Below are positions 1 to 9,678 of a stretch of DNA of 64,000 bases, piece by piece. The notes under the pieces were generated by a model. It was not told the origin of the DNA. It saw only the letters and a list, made by a program, of their open reading frames with translations, and did not search any database. This stretch comes from an uncultured Eubacteriales bacterium (GTDB lineage Bacteria > Bacillota_I > Bacilli_A > RF39 > UBA660): NCBI GenBank assembly GCA_905188025.1, contig CAJJKI010000003.1, positions 1,767-65,766 on the forward strand. The letters are read 5' to 3'. Numbering within the stretch: position 1 is the stretch's first letter; each line of letters begins with the position of its first letter. Both the position numbers and the translations under genes were made by a program.

Positions 1-889
1 GAATCTCGCTAGCGGTTGTAGCGGTCCCATCATGGAAATAGATATTAGTATCTGCTAATTGGCTGATAGCTTCATTTATACGGCGATAGTCTTCGGTTTC
101 GAGACGGCCAGTTTGAAGTTTTTTGCTATCTATTTGACCAAGTGAGCTAATCATTCTCATTACCAATTGTTCAGCAGGCATTTCTAGTGAGAAGATGGCA
201 ATATTCTTCTTAGTGGACTTAGCTGCAGCGGTGGCAATGTTTAGAGCAAAGGCTGTTTTACCAACGGCTGGACGCGCAGCAATGATAATTAGCTGTGTTT
301 CATGGAGACCTTCGGTAACATTATCGAGATCTCTTAAGCCGGTTGTTAGTCCTGTTATACGGCCTTTATTTTTAACTAATTGTTCTATATCATCTTGAGT
401 TTTATTCAAGACGTCTTGGATTTTTCTAAATTCAGTTGTTCTTCTAGTTTTACCTACATTTAAGATTTCCCTTTCAGCTTCTTCGACAGCTGCTCCGACG
501 TCTACGTCACTATCATAAGCAGATTTCTCAATGGAAGTAGCGGTTTCAATTAATCTTCTTAAGGTATATTTTTCAGTAACAGTGTCAATATAGTACTCAA
601 CATTGGCTCCGGTAGCGACACTATTAATTATTTCGGATAAATATTCAACGCCTCCGACTTGATTTAGAAGATTACGATCAACTAATTCAGTAGTTACGGT
701 ATTGACATCAACTGGTACTTGTTTTTGATACAAGTCTTTAATTACTTCAAATATTTTAGCATTGCTATCAAGATAGAAATATTCTTTTTCAACGTCTTCA
801 CAGCCTTTTTGAAGGGATGATCTTGACCAAAACAATGAACCTATAAGGGCTTTTTCAGCATCAATATTATTTGGCAATCCTTTATTCAT
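1..889 (-). CDS. dnaB: Replicative DNA helicase (DnaB family), first ~296 codons; the 3' end of the gene lies beyond the left window edge
   Basis: Missing from the ORF track because it is open at the edge. My minus-strand translation from the ATG (complement of 887-889) gives MNKGLPNNIDAEKALIG. Further on it reads LIIIAARPAVGKTAFALNIATAAAKSTKKNIAIFSLEMPAEQLVMRMISSLGQIDSKKLQTGRLETEDYRRINEAI (Walker A plus DnaB motifs). It lies directly downstream of rplI, as in Bacillus. Confidence 0.9.
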   Translation of the reverse strand, partial: MNKGLPNNIDAEKALIGSLFWSRSSLQKGCEDVEKEYFYLDSNAKIFEVIKDLYQKQVPVDVNTVTTELVDRNLLNQVGGVEYLSEIINSVATGANVEYYIDTVTEKYTLRRLIETATSIEKSAYDSDVDVGAAVEEAEREILNVGKTRRTTEFRKIQDVLNKTQDDIEQLVKNKGRITGLTTGLRDLDNVTEGLHETQLIIIAARPAVGKTAFALNIATAAAKSTKKNIAIFSLEMPAEQLVMRMISSLGQIDSKKLQTGRLETEDYRRINEAISQLADTNIYFHDGTATTASEI

Positions 890-991
890 GTATTCACCTA
901 CCCTTTTATGTCATTTAATGACTTCTTATATATGATTATACTATAAAATAAAAAATATGTCATTATTAATGAGTGGAAAAATTTAATAAAA

Positions 992-1027
992 TATAAAAGA
1001 AAACCTCTAGATAAGTTCTAGGGGTTA
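992..1027 (-). terminator. Hairpin plus T-rich run between rplI and dnaB (possible partial terminator)
   Basis: Minus strand reads AACCCCTAGA-actta-TCTAGAGGTT (10 bp stem, one mismatch) followed by TTCTTTTATATTTT. Confidence 0.4.
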
Positions 1028-1043
1028 TGTTCTTTTTATATAA

Positions 1044-1487
1044 TTATTTCTCTTTGATAGTTATTTTTACTTCTCCAGTTACTTTTTTATGAAGTTCTAT
1101 TTTTACATAGTGAGCTCCTAGTAGGTTAAGGGTATTATCAGGTTTGATTTTCTTTTTATCGATTGAGTATCCTAGTGAAGTTAATTTTTCTTCTATTTGT
1201 TTGGTAGAAATATTACCAAATGTTTTGCCATCTTTACCAGCTTTTACTTCAAAGATTATATTTTCATGGGAAAGTTTTTCTTTGATTGTATTAGCATTAG
1301 CTATATCTTCTTTTTCTTTTAAGGCTTTATTCTTGATATCTTCATTTAATCTTTCATTACTTGTCTTGGTGTATTTTACAGCATAGCCATTTTTGATTAA
1401 GTAGTTTGTGGCATAACCATCAGATACTTCTTTGATATCTCCTGATTTACCTTGTTTTTTTAAATCTTTTATAAATATTACTTTCAT
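1044..1487 (-). CDS. rplI: 50S ribosomal protein L9
   Basis: 147 aa. N-terminus [36 protein letters not shown] is the canonical L9 N-domain. Positioned upstream of dnaB. Confidence 0.95.
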   Translation of the reverse strand: MKVIFIKDLKKQGKSGDIKEVSDGYATNYLIKNGYAVKYTKTSNERLNEDIKNKALKEKEDIANANTIKEKLSHENIIFEVKAGKDGKTFGNISTKQIEEKLTSLGYSIDKKKIKPDNTLNLLGAHYVKIELHKKVTGEVKITIKEK

Positions 1488-1793
1488 TTTATCACTTTCC
1501 TTTCTTTAATTATAGCATAAATAGTAGGTAAATGCACTAGTTATGCATAAATGCAGTTATTTTTTACAATGATAACTGCCCTATTCTTTTTTAGTTTTTA
1601 CTGATTGTTTAAAAATTTTACTTTTTATTTAGATACTTTTTGTATCTTTAAATTATTTGTTGTAATTGTCTTTTATTTTTTGTATTTTATGCTGTGCGTT
1701 TCCTATACTACTTTTTTCTATAGATATTTATTTTTTTAATTTGTTATTTTACAAGGGATAATCTTTATATGTATTTTGAATTTTGGATAATAG

Positions 1794-1821
1794 AAAAATA
1801 AGCTCTATTAAAAAGCTTATT
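1794..1821 (-). terminator. Intrinsic terminator after rpsR, overlapping its stop codon
   Basis: Stem AATAAGCT / AGCTTATT (1797-1804 / 1814-1821) followed on the minus strand by a T-run. Confidence 0.45.
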
Positions 1822-2035
1822 TTGTAGTATATGGTATAAATCCCATGTATCTTGCTAATTTAACTTGTTCAGCTACATGTCTTTGGTGCTTTGCACAAGT
1901 ACCAGTGAATCTTCTTGGTAAAATTTTACCTGAATCATTAATATATTTACTGATTACGTCTACATTTTTGTAATCAACTGGTTTTCCAATACACATATAG
2001 CAAACTTTTTTTCTTTTCTTACGAAATTCTGCCAT
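1817..2035 (-). CDS. rpsR: 30S ribosomal protein S18
   Basis: The ORF-track frame 1817..2074 contains MAEFRKKRKKVCYMC...ILPRRFTGTCAKHQRHVAEQVKLARYMGFIPY. I place the start at the ATG at 2035, 6 nt after AGGAGG (complement of 2041-2048). Fits the rpsF-ssb-rpsR operon order. Confidence 0.95.
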   Translation of the reverse strand: MAEFRKKRKKVCYMCIGKPVDYKNVDVISKYINDSGKILPRRFTGTCAKHQRHVAEQVKLARYMGFIPYTTK

Positions 2036-2051
2036 TTTTGTTCCTCCTTTT

Positions 2052-2519
2052 TTAGAAAGGTAAATCGCTATCACTAATTTCTACTTTTTCGCCAAAACTA
2101 GCAAATGGATCATTATCAACAGAAGTTGTTTCTGCTGAAGCTGGCATATCTACGTCAAATGGATTATCATCCCTTGGAGCTGATTGTGGAGCTCTATTTT
2201 GATCATTTACTGAACCTAAAAATTCAACATTGTTGGCAATTACTTCAGTGACATACACTTTCTTACCTTCATTATTATCGTAGCTTCTTGTTTGAATTCT
2301 TCCTTCAACAGCTACTTGTCTTCCTTTTGTTAGATATCTTGCAACATTTTCAGCTGGTTTGTTCCATACTGTAACATTTATAAAATCAGTTTCAGGTTCA
2401 TGTCCTTGAGATACTGGTCTTGAAATAGCTACATTTATTTGACATACAGCAGTTCCTGTTGGAGTGTGACGCAATTCTGGGTCACGAGATAATCTTCCAA
2501 TTAAAAATACTTTATTCAT
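2052..2519 (-). CDS. ssb: Single-stranded DNA-binding protein with canonical acidic C-terminal tip
   Basis: 155 aa. OB fold starts MNKVFLIGRLSRDPELRHTPTGTAV. Gly/Pro/Asp-rich linker and a terminal SDSDLPF tip. Confidence 0.95.
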   Translation of the reverse strand: MNKVFLIGRLSRDPELRHTPTGTAVCQINVAISRPVSQGHEPETDFINVTVWNKPAENVARYLTKGRQVAVEGRIQTRSYDNNEGKKVYVTEVIANNVEFLGSVNDQNRAPQSAPRDDNPFDVDMPASAETTSVDNDPFASFGEKVEISDSDLPF

Positions 2520-2527
2520 GTTTCCTC

Positions 2528-2818
2528 CTACTTTTCAACATTTAGAATTAAATGTCTAACAACGTTTTCATCAATTAGAGCAATTCTGTCAAATTCTTTA
2601 ACAGCCTTGTCACTATTTGAATCAATGTTATATAAGAAGTAGAAACCAGACTTGAATCCTTTAATTTCATATGCAAATTCTTTTTGTCCAAGTTCTTTTG
2701 ATAAAGTGATAGTTGCTTTGTTATCTGTTAGAGTTTTTTCTAATTTCTTAACAGTATCTTTAACAGCTTTTTCTTCTAAATCAGGCTTTACGATGAACAT
2801 TATTTCATACTTTCTCAT
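2528..2818 (-). CDS. rpsF: 30S ribosomal protein S6
   Basis: 96 aa. MRKYEIMFIVKPDLEEKAVKDTV is the typical S6 N-terminus. First gene of rpsF-ssb-rpsR. Confidence 0.95.
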   Translation of the reverse strand: MRKYEIMFIVKPDLEEKAVKDTVKKLEKTLTDNKATITLSKELGQKEFAYEIKGFKSGFYFLYNIDSNSDKAVKEFDRIALIDENVVRHLILNVEK

Positions 2819-2834
2819 TCTTACACCTCCTTAT

Positions 2835-2866
2835 GGACTTGTGGCCTTTTACAGGCAAGCAAGGTA
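2835..2866 (-). promoter_or_regulatory. Structured GC-rich element in the rpsF 5' leader (possible S6:S18 autoregulatory leader)
   Basis: Minus strand reads CUUG-CUU-GCC-UGUAAAA-GGC-CA-CAAG, a hairpin with an asymmetric internal loop, immediately 5' of the SD AAGGAGG. It is the only GC-rich patch in this AT-rich spacer. An S6:S18-binding leader before rpsF is described in many bacteria. Not checked with a covariance model. Confidence 0.3.
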
Positions 2867-3046
2867 ATAGAACTTTCGTTCAAGTGGTATTATAGCAAAT
2901 TATTTGGTGAAAGTAAAGGAAAAATTTATCTTTTATTTATTTTTTACTGGGTATTTGATTTATTGATTGTTTTATATTACTGATTTATTTTGATCACTAG
3001 GATAATAGCCCAGTATTATAAGAAAGAAAAAACTTCCAATGAAGTT

Positions 3047-3295
3047 TTAACTGTTATAATACTTATCAATATCAGTTGGTACTTTGTCATTGATTACGGC
3101 ATTAATAATTTTTTCTTCTTGTTCTTTAGATACGGGGCGACCTGTCATTTCAGAGAGAGTTCCAATTACCTCCTTTAAAGTTTTTTCATCTTTCATGTTT
3201 CCATTTTGAAGTTTTCCTGCTAATGATAAGATAGTATCTTTATCTACATTGGTTTTCTTTTCTACTTTTTTAAAAAAATTATCTGAAAATCCCAT
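3047..3295 (-). CDS. Small protein resembling stage VI sporulation protein F (SpoVIF/YjcC family)
   Basis: 82 aa. FFKKVEKKTNV...LAGKLQNGNMKDEKTLKEVI...GRPVSKEQEEKII matches my recollection of the SpoVIF pattern (FFKNIEKKTGV..LA.SLQNANFKDE). SD AAGGAGG lies upstream. Confidence 0.5.
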   Translation of the reverse strand: MGFSDNFFKKVEKKTNVDKDTILSLAGKLQNGNMKDEKTLKEVIGTLSEMTGRPVSKEQEEKIINAVINDKVPTDIDKYYNS

Positions 3296-3341
3296 AATTC
3301 CTCCTTATGATAATAGTATATGATAGTGAGGCTTGGTTGAT

Positions 3342-3370
3342 AAAAGAAAAATACTCTTTTTGGGAGTATT
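3342..3370 (-). terminator. Intrinsic terminator after der
   Basis: Minus strand reads AATACTC-ccaaaaa-GAGTATT followed by TTTCTTTTAT. Confidence 0.45.
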
Positions 3371-4683
3371 TATTCTTCATTACGATTTTTAAATTCTATT
3401 TCAATAGGAGTTCCTTCAAAATCAAAAGATTCTCTTATTTTGTTTTCTAAGTATCTCTCATAAGAGAAGTGTACAAGGCCTTTACTGTTAACGTTAAAGA
3501 CAAATTTTGGAGGAGTTATTCCTTTTTGTGCTACAAAGTATATTTTTAATCTTTTTCCTTTATATGAAGGAGGTTGATTTAGGATAACAGCATCACGAAT
3601 AACGTCATTTAGGATACTTGTTTTGATTTCTTTTTTGCTGTTTTCATATACTTTTTTGATTTCAGGCATTAGGGTATGAATACGTTTTTTAGTTTTAGCT
3701 GATAGGAATACTATTGGGACATATGAGAGAAACTGAAATTCAGCACGCATTAGTTTAGTGTATTCAGCGATAGTCTTATCTTTTACAGTATCCCATTTAT
3801 TAACTACTAATACTAAAGGTTTACCAGCTTCGAGGGCATAACTAGCAATATGTTTATCATGTTCGATAATGCCTTCTTCAGCATTGATTACTACAACACA
3901 AACATTACTTCTTTCAATAGCTTTCATAGCACGAATTACACTATATTTTTCAATATTTTCATAGATTTTACCACTTTTTCTAATACCAGCTGTATCGATG
4001 ATAACATAATCTTCTTTTTCATAAGTAAATGGTGTATCAATTGCATCTCTAGTAGTACCTGCTATATTGCTAACAATTGATTTTTCTTCATTAACAATGG
4101 CATTTACTAGGCTACTTTTTCCGACATTTGGGCGACCTATTACACAGAACTTAATTTTATTATCTTCTAGGAGATTTAGATCTTCTTTTGGTGAAAAGTC
4201 TTTAGTTATTTCATCAAGTAAGTCCCCTATTCCTAGATTATGTTCTCCACTGATAGGAATTATTTCAGGGAATCCTAATTCATAGTAATTATAGATATCA
4301 TTTTTACGTTTTTCATTATCAATTTTATTTACCGCAAGGATTACTCTTTTATTACTTTTCATTAACATATCACGAATTTTAAAATCATTAGCATTTAGTT
4401 CTTCTTTACCATCTAAGATGAATACAATAACGTCAGCTTCATCGATGGCTAGACTGGCTTGAACTATTATTTCTTTATTAAAATCAGCATCTGATAAGTC
4501 TATTCCTCCGGTATCTATTAAGTGAAATTTATAATCTTTATATATAACGTCACCATATATTCTATCACGAGTAACTCCTGGAGTATCTTCAATGATAGAG
4601 ATTTTTTTACCTACTAGTTTATTAAATATTGTAGATTTTCCGACATTTGGACGGCCTACTAAGGCTACTGTTGGGGTTTTCAT
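3370..4683 (-). CDS. der: Ribosome-associated GTPase Der/EngA (two tandem G domains)
   Basis: 437 aa. Two G1 motifs (GRPNVGKST and GRPNVGKSS), DTGG/DTAG, NKID/NKWD, and a KH-like C-terminus. Confidence 0.95.
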   Translation of the reverse strand: MKTPTVALVGRPNVGKSTIFNKLVGKKISIIEDTPGVTRDRIYGDVIYKDYKFHLIDTGGIDLSDADFNKEIIVQASLAIDEADVIVFILDGKEELNANDFKIRDMLMKSNKRVILAVNKIDNEKRKNDIYNYYELGFPEIIPISGEHNLGIGDLLDEITKDFSPKEDLNLLEDNKIKFCVIGRPNVGKSSLVNAIVNEEKSIVSNIAGTTRDAIDTPFTYEKEDYVIIDTAGIRKSGKIYENIEKYSVIRAMKAIERSNVCVVVINAEEGIIEHDKHIASYALEAGKPLVLVVNKWDTVKDKTIAEYTKLMRAEFQFLSYVPIVFLSAKTKKRIHTLMPEIKKVYENSKKEIKTSILNDVIRDAVILNQPPSYKGKRLKIYFVAQKGITPPKFVFNVNSKGLVHFSYERYLENKIRESFDFEGTPIEIEFKNRNEE

Positions 4684-4703
4684 ATTATTACCTCCTTATA
4701 TAA

Positions 4704-5291
4704 TTATTTTATTTCTAGTGTTTCAACTAATTTGTTGTATACTTCTTGACGACCCATTTTTGTTACACTTGAGAAAAGAATTAAATCTTCTTCAGATACA
4801 TTTAGGGTTTTAGTAATTAGATTTATTGATTTTTGATGAGTATTTTTGCTTACTTTATCTACTTTAGTACAAATAATAGTTACTGGTACATTGTAGTATT
4901 TTAAGTAATTATACATCATGACATCATCTTCAGTGGGTTTATGACGGAAATCTATTAACATGAAGACCATTTTTAAATTGTCTCTTGATTTTAAATATTC
5001 TTCCATTATAAGACCAAATTTTTCTTTTAATTGTTTACTTACTTTAGCAAAGCCATATCCTGGGGCATCTACTAAATAGAAATAGTCATTGACTAAATAG
5101 AAATTTAGAGTTTGCGTTTTACCAGGTTTAGCACTTGTACGAGCAAAGTTTTTTCTATTAATTAATGTGTTGATAAAGCTACTTTTACCAACGTTAGAAC
5201 GACCTACTAATAAGAATTCATTTTTGTCTCCAGTGGGAAACTGACTGAGTCTTACGGCAGATATTTCTAATTTGACGTCTAAAATTTTCAC
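4704..5291 (-). CDS. engB: Ribosome biogenesis GTPase EngB/YsxC
   Basis: GRSNVGKSSFIN, DAPGYGFAKV and TKVDK motifs. By comparison with the B. subtilis YsxC N-terminus (MKVTKSEIVISAVKPEQYP), the start is probably the GTG at 5291 (VKILDVKLEISAVRLSQFP) after GGTGA, not the upstream ATG at 5336 used in the ORF track. Confidence 0.9.
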   Translation of the reverse strand: MKILDVKLEISAVRLSQFPTGDKNEFLLVGRSNVGKSSFINTLINRKNFARTSAKPGKTQTLNFYLVNDYFYLVDAPGYGFAKVSKQLKEKFGLIMEEYLKSRDNLKMVFMLIDFRHKPTEDDVMMYNYLKYYNVPVTIICTKVDKVSKNTHQKSINLITKTLNVSEEDLILFSSVTKMGRQEVYNKLVETLEIK

Positions 5292-5374
5292 ACAAATCAC
5301 CAGTATCATTATATAAAAAAAATAGAAAATAGTCAAATTTATGATAAAATATTTTTGTGATGGGGATGAAGTTT

Positions 5375-6277
5375 ATGAATGAACTATTAAATAAATGTAT
5401 GTTATGTCCAAGAAATTGTGGGGTAAATAGGAATCAGGGAGAAGTAGGTTTTTGTAGATCGGGGGATAGGATACGGATTGCTAAGGCTTATTTACACAAA
5501 TGGGAAGAGCCTCCAATAACAGGAAGTAATGGATCAGGAACAATCTTTTTTAGTGGGTGTAATTTGCGTTGTTTGTTTTGTCAAAATTATTATATAAGTG
5601 AACTTAATAATGGGGTAGAGATAGATACTTTAGAGTTGGCTAATATATGTCTTGATTTACAAAGGGAAGGGGCTACTAATATTAATTTGGTGACTCCTAC
5701 TCATTATGTACCACTAATTATAGAAGGAATAAAGTTGGCTAAAGAGCGTGGATTAGTGATACCAATAGTTTATAATTCTTCGGGATATGAGAAAGTGGAT
5801 ACTTTGAAGCTATTAGAGGGAATAGTGGATATATATTTACCTGATTTTAAATATTATAATAATGAGATAGCTTTTAAGTATTCTGGATGCAAGGATTATT
5901 TTGAGTATACGAGTGAGGCTATTAAAGAGATGGTTAGGCAACAACCTAAGTGTATTTTTGATAAGAACGGGAATATGACTAGGGGAGTAGTTGTGAGACA
6001 TTTAATTTTGCCTACTTGGGAAGAAGATAGTAAGAGGATACTTAAGTATTTATATGATAATTATAAGAATAAGATATTTTATAGTATTATGAATCAGTAT
6101 ACTCCGGTAAGGGCATGTAAGTATCAGGAACTTAATAGTAGGGTAGAGGATACGGTATATGATGAGGTTATTGATTATGCATGGAATTTAGGTATAAGGA
6201 AGGCTTTTATTCAGGAAGATGGTACTGTTAGCGAGAGTTTTATACCGGATTTTGATTATGGGAAAGAAAAGAATTGA
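5375..6277 (+). CDS. Radical SAM protein of the PflX / pyruvate-formate-lyase-activase-like type, function unknown
   Basis: FFSGCNLRCLFCQN (CxxxCxxC) plus an N-terminal Cys cluster CMLCPRNCGVNR..GFC. The frame opens at 5357 (GTG). The ATG at 5375 follows GGGGA. Start is uncertain. Confidence 0.75.
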   Translation: MNELLNKCMLCPRNCGVNRNQGEVGFCRSGDRIRIAKAYLHKWEEPPITGSNGSGTIFFSGCNLRCLFCQNYYISELNNGVEIDTLELANICLDLQREGATNINLVTPTHYVPLIIEGIKLAKERGLVIPIVYNSSGYEKVDTLKLLEGIVDIYLPDFKYYNNEIAFKYSGCKDYFEYTSEAIKEMVRQQPKCIFDKNGNMTRGVVVRHLILPTWEEDSKRILKYLYDNYKNKIFYSIMNQYTPVRACKYQELNSRVEDTVYDEVIDYAWNLGIRKAFIQEDGTVSESFIPDFDYGKEKN

Positions 6278-6381
6278 TTTTTAAAAGGAGTTATGCTAGG
6301 ATAGATGGTATAATTTTTATGAAATTATTTGAATAAAATGATAGGGAGAATTCTATTAGGAAATTATATGTGAGGAATAAG

Positions 6382-7374
6382 ATGGTTAATGAGAAGAGTA
6401 CAATATTGTTAAGACTTATTGATAATGGGTATAGTTTAAAGGAAATAATTAAATATTTAAATATTAACGAAGAAGAAGGATATTCTTTGTTTAGAGAGCT
6501 TCATTTATTTGGATTTAAATTTGATAGGGAATATACTAGTGATGGAGATATTTATTATAAAATTAAAGATGATAGAGTACATAATGATATGGATAGGGAG
6601 ATTATTGATAATAGTGATGAATTAGATATAATTATTACTTCAGATACACATTTTGGGAGTAGAGTAGAAGATTATGGGCTTATGGATATGGTGATGGAAT
6701 TTTGTGATAAAGAAAGTATTTGTCTAAATATTCATGGTGGAGACTTTGTTTATGGAGTAATGAGGCTGAAGGACGGCACTGTTGGAAAGGAAACTAAGTA
6801 TTTGGATGACTTAGAATTACTTCAGGACGTTATTAAGAAATATCCAATGGGGCTATTAAATTTTGTTTGTTTAGGTAATCATGATATAGCACCGCTTCTT
6901 TATAAGGGAAGAGATGTGGGAGATTATTTTTTGAAGTATCGACATGATATTATACCAATAGGGTACGCTAAAGGAATTATTAAGATACAAGAAGAAAGAA
7001 TTTGCATTAAACATGAAATTGATTTGAGAAAGACGCCTTTTAGAGGATATAATTTTACAAGTGTAAAGTTAGATAATAAGGGAAAAGAGAAAATTAGAAT
7101 TATTGGACACACACATAATTATCAAGTATTTTTTGATGATAATAGACAAAATTTAACAATATATGCTCCTAGTTTGTCAAATTGTAAAAGTAATGATACT
7201 GTAAAAGCTATTAAAGCTAAATTACTATTTGATAAGGGTAGAATTAAAGAAATTATATTAACTCCAATGGTATTTGATAAGAAAATTACTTTATTAAAAG
7301 AAGAGAGATATAGTTTTGATGATAAGATTAATGTAGGAAAGAAGAGGGTATTAAAAAATACTGAGAATGATTAG
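6382..7374 (+). CDS. Calcineurin-like metallophosphoesterase with an extra ~85-aa N-terminal domain
   Basis: Motifs SDTHFG, HGGDFV, LGNHD and IGHTHN in the canonical order. The ATG at 6382 follows GAGGA; the frame opens at 6370. Confidence 0.6.
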   Translation: MVNEKSTILLRLIDNGYSLKEIIKYLNINEEEGYSLFRELHLFGFKFDREYTSDGDIYYKIKDDRVHNDMDREIIDNSDELDIIITSDTHFGSRVEDYGLMDMVMEFCDKESICLNIHGGDFVYGVMRLKDGTVGKETKYLDDLELLQDVIKKYPMGLLNFVCLGNHDIAPLLYKGRDVGDYFLKYRHDIIPIGYAKGIIKIQEERICIKHEIDLRKTPFRGYNFTSVKLDNKGKEKIRIIGHTHNYQVFFDDNRQNLTIYAPSLSNCKSNDTVKAIKAKLLFDKGRIKEIILTPMVFDKKITLLKEERYSFDDKINVGKKRVLKNTEND

Positions 7375-7396
7375 ATTCATTTTCAGTATTTATTTT

Positions 7397-8095
7397 TTAG
7401 TCATCATCACGACCTATTACGATAAGAGCTAATCTTAATATTTGGAGTAGGGTAGATGCAAGGGATGCTACATATGTAAAGGCTGCTGATATTAACATTG
7501 TTTTTGAGGCGGATTCTTCATATGTCTCTAGGATATTTAAGCTTGATAGTTGTTTACCGGCACGTCGCGATGCATTAAATTCTACAGGAAGAGTTACTAA
7601 TTGGAATAATAGGATTGCTAATAGAAGGATTATACCAAATTTAGCGAGTCCTATAATATTAAATAATAAGCCAATTAGTACAACGATATAGCCAAATTTT
7701 GAAGAGAAGTTTACTAGAGGTACTAGTGAAGCACGAATTCTTAAGAAAGCATAATTCTCTTTATCCTGAATAGCATGGCCACATTCATGGGCTGCTACTG
7801 ATACGGAGGCGATAGAGTATCCTTCATAGATATCACGTGATAAGTTAACTGTTTTGTTACGTGGGTCGTAATGATCAGTTAAATTACCAGATACAAGATT
7901 TACTTTGACGTCTTTTAAGCCATTAGCATCAAGAATAGTACGGGCTGTTTCTAGACCAGTCATTTTTTTAGTAATTGGTACTCGACGATATTTACTATAA
8001 CTAATATTTATAAATATTTGAGCAATAGCAGTTATTAGGACTCCTAGGATAGGAAGGCCATAGTTTACTAAAAAATAATAATTATTATAATCCAT
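7397..8095 (-). CDS. Membrane zinc metallopeptidase, YugP-like (Zn_peptidase_2)
   Basis: 232 aa. N-terminal TM segment, HECGHAIQ zinc motif, C-terminal TM segments. Confidence 0.75.
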   Translation of the reverse strand: MDYNNYYFLVNYGLPILGVLITAIAQIFINISYSKYRRVPITKKMTGLETARTILDANGLKDVKVNLVSGNLTDHYDPRNKTVNLSRDIYEGYSIASVSVAAHECGHAIQDKENYAFLRIRASLVPLVNFSSKFGYIVVLIGLLFNIIGLAKFGIILLLAILLFQLVTLPVEFNASRRAGKQLSSLNILETYEESASKTMLISAAFTYVASLASTLLQILRLALIVIGRDDD

Positions 8096-9489
8096 TATTT
8101 CATCACCTCGTAAGTTGTACCTTCACGAGTGTCCTTCAAAATGATCCCCTTATCTAGTAACTCTTGACGAATAGAATCAGCAAGAGTAAAATCTTTATTT
8201 TGTTTAGCAATCTTTCTTTTTTCTATCATTTTATTAATATAAGATACTAAATTTTCATCTATTTTGTCTTCTTTTAATAAATCAAGAGACAATACTTTAT
8301 CAAAAGATTCAATTAAAGATAACTTAGTATTGTTATTTAGATCACTTTTTAATACGTCATATAATACTGTTAGAGCATTAGAAGTATTTAAGTTATCTGA
8401 TAAGGCATCAATAAATTTTTGATTGTATTCATTAAATAGTTTTTCATCTATGATACTGTCATCTTTTTTGATAGATCTTACTTTTGATATAAGTTTATTA
8501 TAGGTATTATTAGCAATATCTAGTGATTCATATGTAAATACTAATTGATTCTTGTAGTGAGATTGAAGGCAAAAGAGACGATATGCAAGTGGATTATAAC
8601 CTTTACTTACTAATAAATCAACTGTAAGAAATTCACCTTTTGACTTACTCATTTTACCAGTAGAATCGTTTAAGTGTTCAGAGTGAACCCAGTAGTTACA
8701 CCATTTATGACCAAGATAGCTTTCTGATTGGGCTATTTCGTTAGTGTGATGAGGGAATATATTATCTACGCCACCACAATGGATATCTAGATATTCTCCA
8801 AGATATTTTAGAGATATACCAGAGCATTCAATATGCCAGCCAGGGTAACCTAGACCCCATGGACTATCCCACTTTAATTCTTGATCTTCAAATTTTGACT
8901 TAGTAAACCATAAAACAAAGTCAGCTTTATTCTTTTTATTAGTATCTTCTTCAACAGTATCACGAACTCCTGATAAAAGTTCTTCTGCTGTATGATTAGT
9001 TAGCTTGTAGTAATCAGGTAACTTAGATGTATCAAAATAAACATTACCAGAAGCTATATATGCATAACCTTTATCTAGTAAAGATGAAATTATTTCAATA
9101 TAGAAAGGTACTAATGAAGTAGCAGGAATAACGGTATCAGGCCATTTTATATTTAATCTAGCACAATCATTTTTGAAACAATCAGTATAATACTTAGCTA
9201 TTTCAAGAACTGTTTTATGCTCTCTTTTAGCACCCTTTACCATCTTGTCTTCTCCAGTATCAGCATCACTTGATAGATGGCCAACGTCAGTTATATTCAT
9301 AACACGATTAACTTTATATCCAAGGTAGGTTAAAGTCTTTTCAAGAATATCTTCAGAAATATAAGTTCTTAAGTTTCCTATATGAGCATAGTGGTATACA
9401 GTTGGTCCACAAGTATACATTTTTACTTCATCCTTATTATTAGGAATAAATTCTTCTACTTTCTTTGATAATGTATTATATATTTTCAT
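8095..9489 (-). CDS. cysS: Cysteine--tRNA ligase
   Basis: Class I motifs HIGNLRTY (HIGH) and KMSKS. The start is taken at [10 protein letters not shown] (ATG at 9489) after AGGAGGTC. The ORF-track frame extends to 9510. Confidence 0.95.
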   Translation of the reverse strand: MKIYNTLSKKVEEFIPNNKDEVKMYTCGPTVYHYAHIGNLRTYISEDILEKTLTYLGYKVNRVMNITDVGHLSSDADTGEDKMVKGAKREHKTVLEIAKYYTDCFKNDCARLNIKWPDTVIPATSLVPFYIEIISSLLDKGYAYIASGNVYFDTSKLPDYYKLTNHTAEELLSGVRDTVEEDTNKKNKADFVLWFTKSKFEDQELKWDSPWGLGYPGWHIECSGISLKYLGEYLDIHCGGVDNIFPHHTNEIAQSESYLGHKWCNYWVHSEHLNDSTGKMSKSKGEFLTVDLLVSKGYNPLAYRLFCLQSHYKNQLVFTYESLDIANNTYNKLISKVRSIKKDDSIIDEKLFNEYNQKFIDALSDNLNTSNALTVLYDVLKSDLNNNTKLSLIESFDKVLSLDLLKEDKIDENLVSYINKMIEKRKIAKQNKDFTLADSIRQELLDKGIILKDTREGTTYEVMK

Positions 9490-9678
9490 ATATAGACCTC
9501 CTTTAAACATTTACAATTATATCATTTTATATATTTTATGTAAACAATTTGCAAATAGAAAAGTATGTTTTATTTTGGGATGATTATGTTAATTTGTAAA
9601 TATTTTTTCTGGTTAAATGTAAAGTTAGTTTATTTTAATTGATTTATAAATAGGGGGAGGGTATACTAATTGTAAGAG

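Noticed and set aside
195-398. 67-aa plus-strand ORF from the track
   Set aside because: It lies antisense to the DnaB Walker-A region, whose minus-strand translation is unambiguous. It has no SD.
1-420. Locally elevated GC (about 42-47% versus about 30%) and CGT/GGC/GCC-rich codons in the C-terminal half of dnaB; considered a possible foreign or mosaic segment
   Set aside because: The segment encodes the Gly/Ala/Arg-rich ATPase core. Other parts of dnaB (480-540, 600-660) are also GC-enriched, so protein conservation explains it better than transfer. It cannot be tested further here.
1144-1386. 80-aa plus-strand ORF
   Set aside because: It is antisense within rplI. It looks hydrophobic only because it mirrors Lys/Glu-rich codons.
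9490-9678. Looked for T-box leaders upstream of cysS, and also upstream of asnS (35820-35864) and DUF1934-argS (55765-55916)
   Set aside because: The leaders are too short and lack the T-box core (GGUGGUACCGCG-like) and specifier-loop architecture.
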